From: Chiloscyllium plagiosum
Lineage: Eukaryota
Reading direction: 5' to 3'
DNA: 52,917 nt
NCBI RefSeq assembly: GCF_004010195.1
Contig: NC_057722.1
Location: forward strand, 5,726,571 to 5,779,487
Shown here: positions 12,905 through 27,900 of the stretch, piece after piece
Position numbering within the stretch: the stretch's first letter is position 1
Layout: each line of letters begins with the position of its first letter
The notes under the pieces: generated by a model
Database searches by the model: none
What the model was told of the DNA's origin: nothing
Seen by the model: the letters and a program-made list of their open reading frames with translations, nothing else
Position numbers and translations under genes: made by a program

Positions 12905-15900
12905 CTGTCAGTGAAAGAAGATGGTGAGGGTAAATGACTTGCTCACTTCCTGCAGAATCTCCACCCTTTTATGCATTTCACTTTCTTCAAACACTCCATT
13001 TCCAAATCCTTGGCTTATTGGTGGCACACTCACCTTGGCAGTCAGGTTAGAAGGTCAAGTCCCACCCCGAGGGACTTGAACACAAATTCCAGACTGACAT
13101 ACAGTGCAGTACCAACACAGTGTTCAGCACCAACACAGTGTGCACTGTTGGAAGAGGCATCGTTTGGATGAAATGTTAAATGAATAACCCATTCTCCCAC
13201 TCAGGTGGGCACAAATTAAAAACTGGGACGACTTAAAAAGTAAGGGAGTTCTCCCCACTTGATGGCCAATAGTTTTTCTTTAACTAACATTTCGCATGTA
13301 AATCAAACAGCCATATTTTCTCATTAAGGAAGACTGTGCTGTGTTACAGAGAGAAGGCATGGGAATCTCACTCGGCAAGGTGCTTATGGGGGCAAACAGC
13401 CAGCTGAAATGTAAAGGACTGAATAGCCTACTAACATGCTGAAACCATCCCGTGACTATAACCATTCCCAAAATTCAGAAGTATTATCTCGTTATCAGGC
13501 AGTTTTGGACATGATGACAGAGTACAAGATTACTATCCTTTCCTGCAAGATTTCTAATAAATCAGAATACTGCCTGGAGGGCAAAAACTGGCCAGTGTGA
13601 CTCAAGACTTGGAATTAGATTAGATTAGATTCCCTACAGTGTGGAAACAGGCCCTTCGGCCCAACAAGTCCACACCGACCCTCCGAAGAGTAACCCACCC
13701 AGACCCATTTCCCTCTGACTAATGCACCTAACACTATGGGGCAATTTAGGATGGGCAATTCACCTGACCTGTACATATTTGGACTGTGGGAGGAAACCCA
13801 CGCAGACACAGGGAGAATGTCTGTGTGGAGTTTGTACAGTCGCCCGAGGCTGGAATCGAACCCGGGTCCCTGATGCTGTGAGGCAGCAGTGCTAACCACT
13901 GAGCCACCATGCCATTCTGGCATAACTAATTAATTTTTATTAATGATCAATTCCTGAATTATTAATAAATGTTTGATTTAGCAGATTAATAAACTTATTT
14001 AATATTTAATAAATTGATTTCTGAACTATTTCAGTCCAGCAGCACCTATTTTATATATGCTGATCAGATGTAAATGAATTTAGCAGCCAGCCAATTGCGA
14101 TTGTAACTAGAGGTCTTTGTGTGGGATGAAGGCTCCCCAAGCTTCCCACAAGACCAACACTCAGGTATGAACATGTGAATTAGAACCAGGAGTAGGCCAC
14201 TCAGTGCCTAGAGTCTGCTCCGTAAGAACACAGCTGATCTCAATGCGACCTTAAGTCCATTTTCCCGCCTACTCTCCCACAACAAGGGTCTTTGTCATTT
14301 GTCAAAAACCTATGTACCTCTGCCTTTTTAAAAAAAATCAATGGGCCTTACTTCATCACTCTCTGGGAAAGAACACTCCAATGACTCACATTCCACAGAG
14401 AAAAAAAATTCTTCACACCTTAGTCTTAAAACAGGAGGCCTTCTATTTTATACTACTTAAAGATTTTTTCAAATTTTATTTTTCAATTAATCTGGGACCA
14501 GGACACAGGAGAGGCCAAAAAAGTCCACTGTATTTTATTTCCATTTTCCTATTTCTGTACAGAATCCAGAGCAGTCATAGAAAGCTTAACTTCAACCTAC
14601 CCAGACTCCATCCTCTCTCCCCACCTACATCTGCAATTCCTCTGATGCCCCACACCACATTGACAATTTCCAGTTCCCTAGCCCTAACTGTCTCCTGGTC
14701 ACCACGGATGTCTAATCCCTCTATACCTCCATTCCCCATTAGGATGGCCTGAGAGTCTCTGCTTCTTCCCCAACCAGAGACCTGAACAATCCTCATCCAT
14801 CACCACTCTCCTCCGCCTGGCTGAACTTATTCTCTCTCTGAATAATTTCTCTTTTAATTAATCTCGCTTCTGCCAAGTCAAAGGAGTGGCTATGGGCTCT
14901 CACGTGGGTCCCAGTTATACCAGCCTCTTTATGGGGTATGTAGAATGATCCTTGTTTCAATCTTACACTAGCTCCCTCCCACAACTCTCTCCTTGTTACA
15001 TCAGCTGTTTCAGCGCTGCTTCATGCTCCCACCCGGACCTTGCAAACTTAATTCATTTTGCCTCCAATTTCCACACCTCTACAACATTCACATTGTCCGT
15101 TTCTGACACTTCCCTTCCTCTACTTGACCTTTCTGTCTACATTTCAGGGAATAAACTATCCACTGCCATCCACTACAAAGCCACTGACTCCCATAGCTCC
15201 TTTCACTACACTCCTCACACCCCATGTCCTGCAAGGACTCCATCCCATCCTCCCAGTTCACCTACATTGAATCTGTTCAGATGATACCAACTTCCAAAAC
15301 AATGCTGCTGACAGGGTTTGCTTCTTCCATAACTGTGGTTTCCCACCCACTATGGTTAACAGGACCTTCAACCCCATCTGACCTATCACCCTTATCCCTG
15401 CCCATCACTCAAAAACGTGATTGGGTTCCCCTTGTCCTCACCTTGCATCCCACCAGTGTCCGCATTCAAAGGATCATTCTCCGCCATTTCAGATAGTTCC
15501 AGCACAATCCCACCACCAAACATACCTCCCCCTCCCTCCCCCGGTCTGTACTTCACAGGGATCGTTCCCCCTGGGACTCCCTAGTCAATTCCACAATCTC
15601 CACCTCCCCTCTCATGCACTTTCCCAGTAACTGCAGAAGGTGTAACACCTGCCCCTTCACCTCCTGCCTGCTCACCATCTTTCCAGGTGAAGCAGCATTT
15701 CACCTGTAATCTTGAATATTGTATTTGCTACACCAAAAGTGGCCTACTCTACATTGGAGAAACCAAATGGAGACAGGGTGACCACTCTGCAGAACACTCC
15801 AATCTGTGCGCAAGCATGACTTTCCCATAGCTGGTCATTTTTATACTGCTTCCTACTCACGTCTGTCTCTGGCATGCAGCAGTGCTCCAGTGAATCTCAG

Positions 15901-18900
15901 CACAAACTGGAAGAACAACATCTAACCTTCAGGCAAGGCGCTTTACAGCCTGTGGGACTTCATATTGAGTTCAACACCTTCAAATCGTGAACCATTTCTT
16001 CCTTTTCTTTTAGCTTGTTATCATGTCCTCTTGCCCCAGTCCTAGTGTCTGTCCTTTCAAGATTAGCGTGGTGCTGGAAAAGCACAGCAGGTTAGGCAGC
16101 AACCGAGGAGCAGGAAAATCGACGTTTCGGGCAAAAGCCCTTCATCAGGAACGGAGCATGAAGGGCTTTTGCCCGAAACGTCGATTTTCCTGCTCCTTGG
16201 ATGCTGCCTGACCTGCTGTGCTTTTCCAGCGCCACTCTAATCTAGACTCTGGTTTCCAGCATCTGCAGTCCTTGTTTTTACCTTGTTGATTCTGTCCTTT
16301 CAAGTCTGGCAGGAGACACACCATTGTTCTGCAATTCTTACATTCAATCACTTAATCTGAACTATTGACACCTTTTCTCTACCAGCACTCTACACCCATT
16401 ATTTCACCTCCTCTAAACTATTGCATAAATGCTGTCCCCTCCACACTTCACTTCAGCTCTGAAGAAGGATCACCTAGACTCTGAACATTAGCTTGCTTTC
16501 TGTCCATGGATGCTGTCTGACCCACTGTGATCGCCAGCATTTGTTGTTTTCAGTAGATCCCAACATCTGCAGTAATTTGCTCCTTCAACCTCTTTCCCTT
16601 ACAACTGTCCTCAGCTAATCACCGGGGGACCACTCTTTCAGGGTTGACAGTAATTAAACTGCACAGTTCACACATACTCCATTCTCACCTTGCCTGACCA
16701 CTAGCATTGACATTGGGTGAGTGTTTGGAGGCCTCTTTCTACAATGATGTCACATAAAACTACTTGTTGTTACTAACATTCATTACACGTGATAAAAGAC
16801 CAGTGTTAACTTGATTCCCATGAAACAAGATCTCCCAGCATGTGCGCATTTCCAGTCTCTCACAATGTGATAATAGTCATACAGTATCGAAACAGACCCT
16901 TCAGTCCAACTCATCCATGCTGACCAGATATCCCAATCTGGCCTAGTCCCATTTTCCAGCATTTGGCCCATATCCCTCTGAACATCTTAAATTCCAATTC
17001 AGATGCCTTTTAAATGATGTAATTATACCCACCTCCACCACTTCCTCTGACGGCTTGTTCCATACACACACCACTCTCTGGGTGAAAAAGTTAAATCTGT
17101 CCCCTTTACCTTAAATCTATGTTCTCTAGTTTTTGACTTCCCGCATCCAAGGTAAAATACCTTGGCTGTTCACCCTATCCACACCCCTCATGATTTTAGA
17201 AACCTCTGTAAGGTCACCCCTGTATTTGCATATGCGAAATCTGTTATCCACAGCACTTCTATTTCACTAGGAACATCCAAAACGTTCACTTTTCTGTCAA
17301 AAGCTACGTAGACCAGCAGGGCAAAATAACCATTTTTCTTGAGTTAGTTTCAATAGTCACGATAAATCCTCAAATCTGTCCACAGTCAATTAACAAACTG
17401 AAATTTTCATGTCCAAAACAGTGACAACCAGAGAAAGCCTAGAATTTTGAAGCATGTCAGATGATCTCATTGAAATCTACAAAATATTTAAGTCGACTGT
17501 GCAGAGCGTTTCCCTTGGTTGAGGAGCCTGGAACTGAGGTCATAAAATTAAAACAAAACCATGGATGCCATTTGGGACCAAGATGAGGAGAAATTTCTTT
17601 CCACAGAGGGCAGTGAATCTCTGGAATTCTCTATCCCAGAGGGCTGTGGAAGCACAGTGTTTGAGTATGTTAGTGGGAAAATATCCGATGATCAGTGGTG
17701 CAATGGGTTACGGTAATAGTATGGGTAGAAGATACTGAAGTGTTTGATCAGCCATCAGCATTAAGTAGCAGATCAGGCTCAATGGGTCAAATGGCCTACT
17801 CCTGTTCCTATGATCCAATAACTTCCGACAGAGCCACTTGGTGGTCACAACTATATTATGACAGCTGAAATACAGCAGCACAACTGAACAGGAACCAATG
17901 AGCAAATATTTATAAAACAGGAGGCATGACTTTTAAAAAGTGGACTGTTGTAGCGTACTTACAGAGTTTGACCATTATCTGTCTGCTCCTCTGCTCCTCA
18001 CTTCCCTCAACTGAACATTTTATATGGTCTTTCACTTGCACGCTATTCAAAGAATAAGGCAACGACTCGAGTGGCAGCGAGATATCCTTCAAGCTGGAAA
18101 CATATGTAGACTAAATGAGAATAAGACATGTGAAATAATACATTGCGATTTCTCAGTAAGCATTTAAGCAGCAAAGTGCAAAACTTCCATGAAGGTGCAA
18201 CAGTTAATTATATCAAACCTACAGCTCAGCGAGCAAACCTACACCCTAAACAGTTAATTAAGTTAAACAGGCCCTTCTAAGGTTCAGTTTTAAGAAAGGT
18301 CATCCATTCTGGTGAAATCACATACTCAGGTTCAAAAACTGCCTGTTCTGCTGATGTTAAGACCAGCTTCATCAGGTTTAACATGAGGATCATGTCTCAA
18401 CCAATCCAATCAACATGCTCATCCTGAGAAACACACACAGTCGGATCATGACTATTCATGCAGAGTGAATATTATTCACAAATCCTGAATATAATGAGCA
18501 CTATTGCTATATCACGTACAGACCTACCTGTCACAGTGAAATGTCTCACCATTTCATGTGACTAATTATCCATTTAGGGGAGACACCTGTTCTGGAAGCA
18601 AATATAGGAGCTACTTGAAACCAGCACGGTGCCAAAAATAGAAATCTGACAAGTACGTGTCTTATTTTGTAATACTGCATGAAGGGCTAACATTGGCCAG
18701 GTCACCACAAGAACTCCTTACTCTTCTTCAATTAGCACTGTGGGATCTTTCTATTCCCTGGAACATGGTGGCAAGAAAGTAGAGCTTGTAGCCTTCCCAG
18801 CCTTACATTAGGCGTCTGAAAATGAAAAACAGATTATGTTGCTTTTGACCTACTTTGAATTTGGACTGACTGACTGACTTGGGTAACATGTACCCTCTGT

Positions 18901-21900
18901 GCTCTCTCGCATTCCTTTACATCCATAAGACCAGAGAGGGGCTGTGTCCCTGGGACTCTGCAAAATGGGAATGTGGTTGCCCTGTTGCAGCAATCATTTG
19001 TGACATTAGTTCAGTCAAAGTAGACAAGGTCAGTGTCATGACATTCACTGTGACTTTCAAATATTTATAATATACTCAAAAAACAAACAACAGTGAGCCT
19101 TTATCCACTTCTTCTCTGAGGATATCACTGAATATTCCAAAAGACAAATATCTCAAACACACTCCCACCACCTCTAACTAACACACACACACACACCGAA
19201 CTCCCTGTAACATTATACTCCAGTGAGGAAAAGATCTACCTCTAACCATCTTTCTCCAGCCTCAGTTCACAGGGAACCGAATAACAAATGTCAAACATGC
19301 AGATCCACCTGAGCACAACCACAGAGACAACAAAAAGGCACACACACATACATATGGGATTAGGAGCAGGTCACTTGGCCTCTCAACCGTTCAATATGAC
19401 AAAGCTGTTTACACTCTGAGACAATGACAGAAATGGACCCTACAGCCCAAGTAGTCCATACCAACCACAATCCCAAACTAAACGAGTCCCACCTACCTGC
19501 ACTTGGCCCATATCTCTCCAAACTTTTCCGATTCGTGTACTTATCCAAATGCCTTTTAAACGTCGTAACTGCACCTGGATCCACCACTTCCTCTGGAAGT
19601 TCATCCCGCACATGAACCACATTAAAAAAAAAGTTGCCCCTTTTGTCTTTTTAAAAATCTTCCTCCTCTCGCCTTAAAAATATGCCCTCTAGTCTTGAAA
19701 ACCCCCACCCCGGGGAAAGGACATCTGCCATTCACCTTAGCTATGCCCCTCATGATTTTATAAACCTCTATAAGGCCACCCCTCAATCTCCCACTCTCCA
19801 GGGAAAAACGTCCTGGCCTATCCAGCCTCTCCTTGTAACACAAAGCTTCAACACTCTGGCAAATCTTTTCTGAACTCTCAATAATATCCTTCCTGTAACA
19901 GGACAACCAGAACTGGGCAGAGTACTCCAGAAGAGACCTCACCAACATCCTGTACAACCTCAATATGACGTCCCAACTCCTACACTCAAAGGTCTGAGCA
20001 ATGAAGACAAGCGTGCTAAAAGCCTTCTTAATCACCCTGTCTACATTTGACGCAACCTTCAAAGAATCATGTACCTGAACTCCTAGGTCTCTGTTCTATA
20101 ACAAATCCCAAGGCCCTACTTTTAATTGTACAAGTCCTCCCCTCGTTTATTTTACCAAAATCAATACCTCACAAATTAAACTCCATCTGTCATTTGTCCC
20201 ATTCACTGCACTTGTGTTTAATACAAAGGTCTAACAATCTTATAGTGAACTGTAGTGACCATTACAGATCACTGGTATTAAAAAGACCCAGGTTGCACAA
20301 ACTGGGCCTGTTTATTTGGACTTGCTCAAACAGCTGAGCACAAATCAGCACAAAAAAAAATCATATTTCAACAAGCCACGCAGCACTGCGACCGGCTGGG
20401 TTAGTGCAGTCTTTGAACTGACCGATGTAAAATAGTATAAGACCAAAACAAAAATAAGGCCGATGCTGAAACTTTGAAACAAAATACTCAGTGGGTTCAG
20501 CAGCATCTGTAAACAGAGAGACTGATCAAAGGTGAATCAAATATGAGTTTCCTTCAGAACAGAAGACAGAGCAACAGAGGGTTTTATGCCACTGGGGTGG
20601 GGTGGGGTGAGGTGGGGTGAATGGGAGGAAGTAAGATCAAAGGGAGTGTCAGGGATCAGATAGAGGGCATGAGATTTTAAACTGCAAAGAACTTAGTAAA
20701 GTGTAAAACAGCTTGTCTGGTGATGTCTTTCGGTTTGGCCGAATGACATGAGCAGGTTTTTACTTACCGGGCAGTGATGGAGTTAAATTCCTGAAACAAA
20801 ACAGACAGGGAACACAGTGTAATACAGGACATTAACAGGCTCAATCTTACTGAAAGGCTGGCAGGAAGGGTTACACCCACAAGTGGAACCAGCATTACCA
20901 CACATTTACTTTTAGTGGTTTGGCAACAGAGAGCTTGAATAATGATACAAAAAAACTTTTTTTTTTTCCTGTCTTGCACTCATCAGAACATTTCACAAGA
21001 AATCTCCAAATCATTTCACAAGAATGCTATTTTAAAGGGAAAGACAATATTTATGCTGTATGTGAGGTAAATGCTCATTAGTTGGCAAATGCCTGAACCC
21101 ACAGTTATAGAAAAATCAACCCTCTGTACCACTATCCAAACCAATCAGCACTGTCCTCTCAGTGCTGGTGCTCCCCTTCAATTGATATCCTCGTGAATTA
21201 CCTCTGACGAAAAGCTTTGACAAACATGTCTTTGTTCAGCAATATATTTACCTTTGTTGCATGCACAAAAAAAATCATATTTCAACAAGCCACACAGCAC
21301 TGCGACCGGCTGGGTTAGTGCAGTCTTTGAACTGACCGATGTAAAATAGTATAAGACCAAAACAGTATTTCACAGAGGTGTATGTCAAGCCCCAATATCA
21401 GACATTAGACGAGGGTGACAGGTGATTTATTCTAGGAGGTAGTTTAAGCAGGTTAAGGCTTTTTAAGGACAGTGAGGTTCAGTCTGTATGAGCTCAGAAA
21501 CTGAAAGCATTACTGCTATAGGAGTGGGATATAGCAAACAACCCAACCACGTTTGTCCTGAAGAGAAAACAGCCAAAGAAACAGTGTGCAGGGTGAGGGG
21601 GAAAGAGGTTGCAAAGTGCCTGCAAGTGTGGTGCATGAGAGGGAGTGTGAAAGGGAAATAGAAAGAAAAAAAAAGGGAAAAGGCAAAGGAAAAAAATGGG
21701 GAGAGAGAGGAAGAGGGAGAGAGAGAGATGTAGGGTGAGGTGGGGGTGGGGGTGAGAGAAATGGAGTCTGGCAGTTAGAGTACTGGCACAACGATGATAG
21801 AGCCACAGATAATGAATTCAGCAACAGCTGCCTGAAGTGGAAGTAAGCAACATGGTGAGGGATATGTGGTGTCTGAAACAAAACCAACCATGCTCAGATG

Positions 21901-24900
21901 GTCACTCACACAGGCCATGGAAAGGGAATGGATCCACTTTAAAGGAATTTCTTTTAAATGGGGACAGAAGATGACAAAGAGAGCTGTCACTGGCCCAGCA
22001 CATGGAAGCTGAACCCACAGTAAGAGAAAAGCAAGCCTGCCTACACCCATCCAGCTGAGAAAGTCACCCAACAAAGACAAGACAGAGAGCAGATGGAAAA
22101 CTATTACACGGAGTACTAATTACACTAATAATATGAACATGAAGTGGAATACTCCTACTCCTGAGTCCTTCAGACTTGCTTCGCAGTTCAAGGAGATCGT
22201 GGCTTCTCTGCTTGGGGTCTAAACTCCAATTTTCTGTCTGCACTCCATAACACACAGGTCCCTTTCTCATCATAAATTTATCCAATTGAGGTTTGAATAA
22301 CAAGACCCAACCTCAACTACCTTTTGGGAAAGAATTTCAGACTCCAATAACCTTAAACCCTCATCTATCTTAAAGGGGAGAATTCCTAAGCTTAAAGCAT
22401 GTTCCCTAGTTTTAGTCTGCTCCACAGAAAATATTCATCAAATAACCACGCTCTTCAGACCAGGATACTGTGTGTTTCCATAAGAACATCTCTCATTCCT
22501 CTAAACTCCATTGGGTAGAAACCAAACCTTTCTTCATAAGACAATCTCCTCATCCCAGAAATTAGTCCAATGAATCCTTTCTGAATTGCTTCAAAAGCAT
22601 GAATATCATTTATTTTCAAACGAGGAGGCCAAAACAATGCAGTACTGCAGACGTAGTGGCACCAAGGCCCTGAACAGCTGCAATAAAACTTCTCTATTTT
22701 TATTCCCCTTGCAACAAATGATGGCATTCCATTTGCAACCTAGAGGGAACTTCGTGGGAAGCTGCTGAGAGTGGGTTTATTCCACACTTACCTGAATTAT
22801 TCCTGAACAGCACAAGTAGCTCAGCAATTTTAACCAGGCAGTAATACATGCATCAGCCCAAGTACCTTCCCTTCAGGACAGGGAGAGGACAAACAGAACA
22901 GGACAGGACTACCATTCTCAGAAAATAAATGTGTTTCAAAATCAGGTTGGGAGCTGAGCTCGACTGCGAACCACTCAAGAATTAAACACACCGTTTACAC
23001 CAACAGTGCAAACGCCTGTCCAAAACTAGTGTAATGTCCTTCATTGACTCCTGCTTCATGACTGACCGCGGTGCACCTACAAAACCAACACTCCATCAAC
23101 CACTGTCATTCGGAGGAGGAAAGCTGGGAAAATGTAAGCTTTATGGAGCAAGCTATTGCAAAGGCAGGCATGTAGATGATCACTGCCATCAATTATTATG
23201 CACAAATAATGTCAACAAAAGGGGCTCAGTTTGTGTGAAATATTATTGATCATTTAGTATATTGAACAGTCTTATAGATTGCAAGTAAAAGCTACATTAA
23301 CATATTCATCACCTGTATAAATGGGATGTCATCGTACTTTTCTGACAGATTGTTCAGATCCATTAGAGACTTGTCAAATTCTTTGGCTGCATTCTGGACG
23401 TCGAGGATCCTTGCATCGATCTCTGCTGTTACTTGGATCTTCTCCCTGTCTAGCTCTTCGAAAGCTTTCCTCTCTTCATCATCAATCTGCCTCCTGAGAG
23501 CTTCGTATTTCTCCTCAACATTTATTTCCTTCTCCTTTATTGCTGCCTTTGGTGGAAAGGTTTGAGTAAGTAGATAATACAGGGGCTTTACACAAACACA
23601 TCTTGCATATTCACTCTTCACCATCAGTAATGTCAGCTGTACCTCGGGGCTGGTAATCTCTCCTATAGGGAGGAAGGTTGAGAGTTCAAGCCCCACTCCA
23701 GAAACTCGAGCTCTGGACTAACCCTCCAGTATAGTTCTGAGGGAGAGGTGGGCAACATTACGCAGGCTTTTTTTTGGTTGAAGCATTAAACCAAGATCCT
23801 ATATGTTTCTCCAATGGACAGAAAATATCCACAACACTATTTGATAAAGAGTTGGCAGTGTCCTGGTCAATATTTGCCCCTCCACTAACATCTCAAGCTG
23901 ATGACTTGTTCATTGCCTTGTCACTGCAGAAACCTATTGCACCGAAATTCCCTACAGCCAATCACTGTTATAATGTAAAGTGCTTAAGTATCCAGAGATT
24001 ATTCAGGGCACTACAGAAATGCAAATCTTTCTTTTCTCATATAGTATCCCAATAGTAAGACCATATCGTAAAAACAGAGGGAAGGAATGTAATAAATGAA
24101 CAATTTCATCCCATTTCTGATCCATTCACATTGAAAACGTAATTTTTTACCCTCCCATCAAAACTGCGTATAATATCTGTTGCATTTGATGTTGTGTGAA
24201 CCTTAAACAGGAGGAATAGGCCTAGGATGGAAAACTTGAAGAGCAAAAACTAGGGCACCGCTGATATTTGTGAACTTTCTCTCAGTTCACCCCCTCATGT
24301 CCCCATTGTTCACTATCACTCCATCAACCACACAATGTGCATAGATGATGATTTTGGTCAAAGGAACTTCCTTTGGTTAAATGAATGGTGTTAACCCATC
24401 AATAAAGATTGCAAATTAACTGGGGTCGGGGGGGGGGGGCAGTATAGCTGAGGGTCAGCCCGTTGAATAATTTGAATAGATGATAGAAGACAATCACAGG
24501 ATAAGACCGGAAGCTCAGCTGATTTATATCAGAAAAAGGAAACCAACCAGTCCTTCAAGCTACTTTGCCATTCAATGAGGTCATAGCAGAGCTTCTACTT
24601 TAGCATCATTTTCCTGGACCTCCTATATCCCTTGATGTTGTCAAAATATCAATGTGTGTTCAACTAAGCCTTTACAACCGTCTAGGCAGATTATTCTGAT
24701 ATTTAAAGAGAAGCTGTCAAAATCCTGCACTCCCACATTGGCCCAAACGCCACACAGATTAGGGACAAACCCATATCGATTCAGAGTCAGAATACATGTT
24801 TTTTTTCTGGATAGCAAGATGTATCTAGCGTGGTGCCACAGGCTTCAGTCCTTGGAACCCAGCTATTGATAATCTACACTAACGACTTGGACACAGGGAT

Positions 24901-27900
24901 AGAAGGCTCTATGGCCAAATTTACAGACAACACAAAACTAGGCGGGATGGTAAATTCCAATTACAAATGGATATAGATTGGTGAGGAGAGTGTGCCAAGA
25001 TGTGGCAGATGGAGTTTATTGTGGATAAATGCAATGTCATGCATTTGGGTCAAAAAAATGGGAAAGGCAGCCCATTATCTTAATTGGGAGAGACTTCAGG
25101 GTGCTCCAGTGCAGAGGGATCTAGGTGTACCCATTCATGAGTCAAAGAAAACTAGCATGCAGGTGCAGCAGATAATAAAGAAAGAAAATGAAATGTTGGT
25201 TTTTACAGCTAAAGGAATAGAATACAAAGGTAGGTATTGGTGAGACTGCACCTTGAGTATTGTGTAGAGTTTTGGTCCCCTTTATTTGAGGCAGGATATA
25301 GTGGTTTTGGAGGTGGTTCACTGGATTGATCCTAGAGATGAGGGGTCTGTTATATGAAGAGAGATTGAACTGTTCAGCTCTACACTGTCTGGAATTTAGA
25401 AGACTAAGGGGAGTTCAAATTGAGATATTTGAGGTGATAAAAAAGGCGTGGGGTGGATGTTTCCTCTTGTGTGCATTCCAGGATGAGGGGTCATAGTCTT
25501 AGGATAAAGGGTAGCAAATTTAAAACAGAGTGGAGAAGAAACTACTACTCCCACAGGATTGTGAATCTGTGGAATTCCCTACCCCAAAGTGCGGTGGGTG
25601 TTGGGACAGTGAATAAAGTTGAGGAGGAGCTAGACAGACTTTTAATTGGTATTGGGTTGAAGGGATTTGGAGAGAAGACAGAAAAATGGGGGTGAGGAGC
25701 ATATCAGCCATGATCGAATGGCAGAGCAGACTCAATGGGTCAAATGGCATAACCCTGCTCCTAAATCTTACAAACTTTATTAACACATTGTGGATCAAAT
25801 AGGGCTTGGCAAACAAGAGAGAAGAAAGACCTTGTATTTCAGTAACATTAGTACACACCAAAGCTCTTTACAGGCAATGACATACCTTTAAAGTATAGTC
25901 ACTATTGTAATACAGGAAAAGCAACGTTATACTGCCCATAGCAAAATCCAACAAACATCTGTTAATGATCAGATAATGTGTTTTTAGGGGCTGATAGACA
26001 GGCAAATATGGGTCAGGACAACAGGAAAAACCCACCCACTCTTCTGTAAAATATTGCCATAGAATCTTAGGCAGAGCCTCAGTTTCAATTATCAACTGAA
26101 AGAGATTGCTCCAAGTACTGAATTGGAGTTTCAGCCTGGATTAAGTGCTCAAGTCTACAAAGTGGGACCTCAAATCAGGTGGCAGGCTCAGAGGTGTGAG
26201 TGCTACCCACCGAGTAACAGCTGACACCATACGACATTAAGCTTTTCAAAATTTAAATTCATCAACTGGCTAGTTTACTCACCAAAACATTTTCCTTCTC
26301 TTTCTTAACATCTTCAAGAGCAGCTTGGGAAACTTTAACTTTTTGCTTGAGTTCCTCCTGTTGATCTCCCAAATTATTCTAACATGAAGCAGCAGAGATA
26401 AATCATTCCAGGTTGTGATATCATTTTTAAATGTATAAATAGTGTACATGATAAATGAAAAAAAAATCAACAGACTCAGGTTTTAACATAAGTATTAGTC
26501 AACTTTTCATTTTTATTCTGTAAATTACAGAGATCTGCATTTTTCATGTATTAACTTAAACGTTCATAATTGTACAGTACTTTCTGTTATTTTGCTTTCA
26601 ATTCAATGATTGTCCGTAACTATGGAGTTACAATTACTTATTTTATTTGTGTTATCCCAATTCAATACCAGCTATCATGATTATTAATTAACCAAATATT
26701 CTTGGATCTAACTGAAAGATCTGCACAACTATCAAAGCTTTGCTATACAAATAAAACTCATAAATGACATTGGTACTTGAGGACAGTCTAAAACTGTGGT
26801 CTCCCATTTAAGACAAAGATTTAAGACAGACATTAAGAAATAAACTTTTTCACTCAGTTGTTTGCCTGTGAAATTCTCTTCCCTATGCTGCAGTGGAGGT
26901 TGTGTTATTGGACATTTTTTGAAAAAACAGTGGAGATTCCTGACAATGGAACCAAAGTGAAGAGGGAACAGGGAAGAAAATGGATATGGGGTCACAATCA
27001 AAGCACTTTTCTCATTGGATTTAGAAGAATGAGAGATTGAAACATATAGGATTCTTAAGGGGCTTGCCTGGGTAAATGCTGACAGGATGCTCTCCCTCAT
27101 GGGAGAGTCTAGGACCAGAGGGTGAGAATAAAGAGGTTTCAATTTAAAACTGAAATGAGGTGTAATTTTTCTCTTGAGGGTTGTGTCTTTGGAACTACTT
27201 GCCACAGAGAGCTGTGGGGAGCAGTCACTGTGCAACTTTAAGACTGAGATAGTCTGATTCTTGATGTGGAGGGGAATCAAAGGTTACAGGGAAAACAGGG
27301 GAGAGTTGACATGAGGAATGTCAGATCAGCCATGAATCTAGAGAAGTCTTGAGGGGCCAAAAGGCCTACTCAGTTCGTAATAACAATGTGCTGCATTGTG
27401 CAGCCTCAGGTTATAGGAAGGAAACAGGAAGGGCTTATTTGTAAGATCAAAGATATTTTAATAAATCTGTTCAGATATGCTACTACACCTGCCTGGTGCA
27501 GACGCAGCTTGAACGGAAATGGAGACACTGTCACTGTGTCCAAGAGCTCTTGTACATGTATTCATGTGCTAATTCTACTGCATTATGTAGGAGAGTCCAC
27601 AGATGATCTGCTGTCAATGAAACTTGGCCAGTTCACAGATGTGCGCGCGCGCGCACACACACACACACAGAGACAGATGCACACACACACACACAGAGAC
27701 AGATGCACACACACACACACACACAGACAGATGCACACACACACAGACAGATGCACACACAGACATACCCTCAGCTCCTTTGCTGCTTCACTGACGCTGA
27801 TTAAGTCGTGGCCCTTGTGGCTTCCTATTAAAGCGCAGAGGCTGCAGACACAGGCAGCATCGTCCTTGCAGTAGATCTCCAGCAGCTTTTGGTGTTGTGC

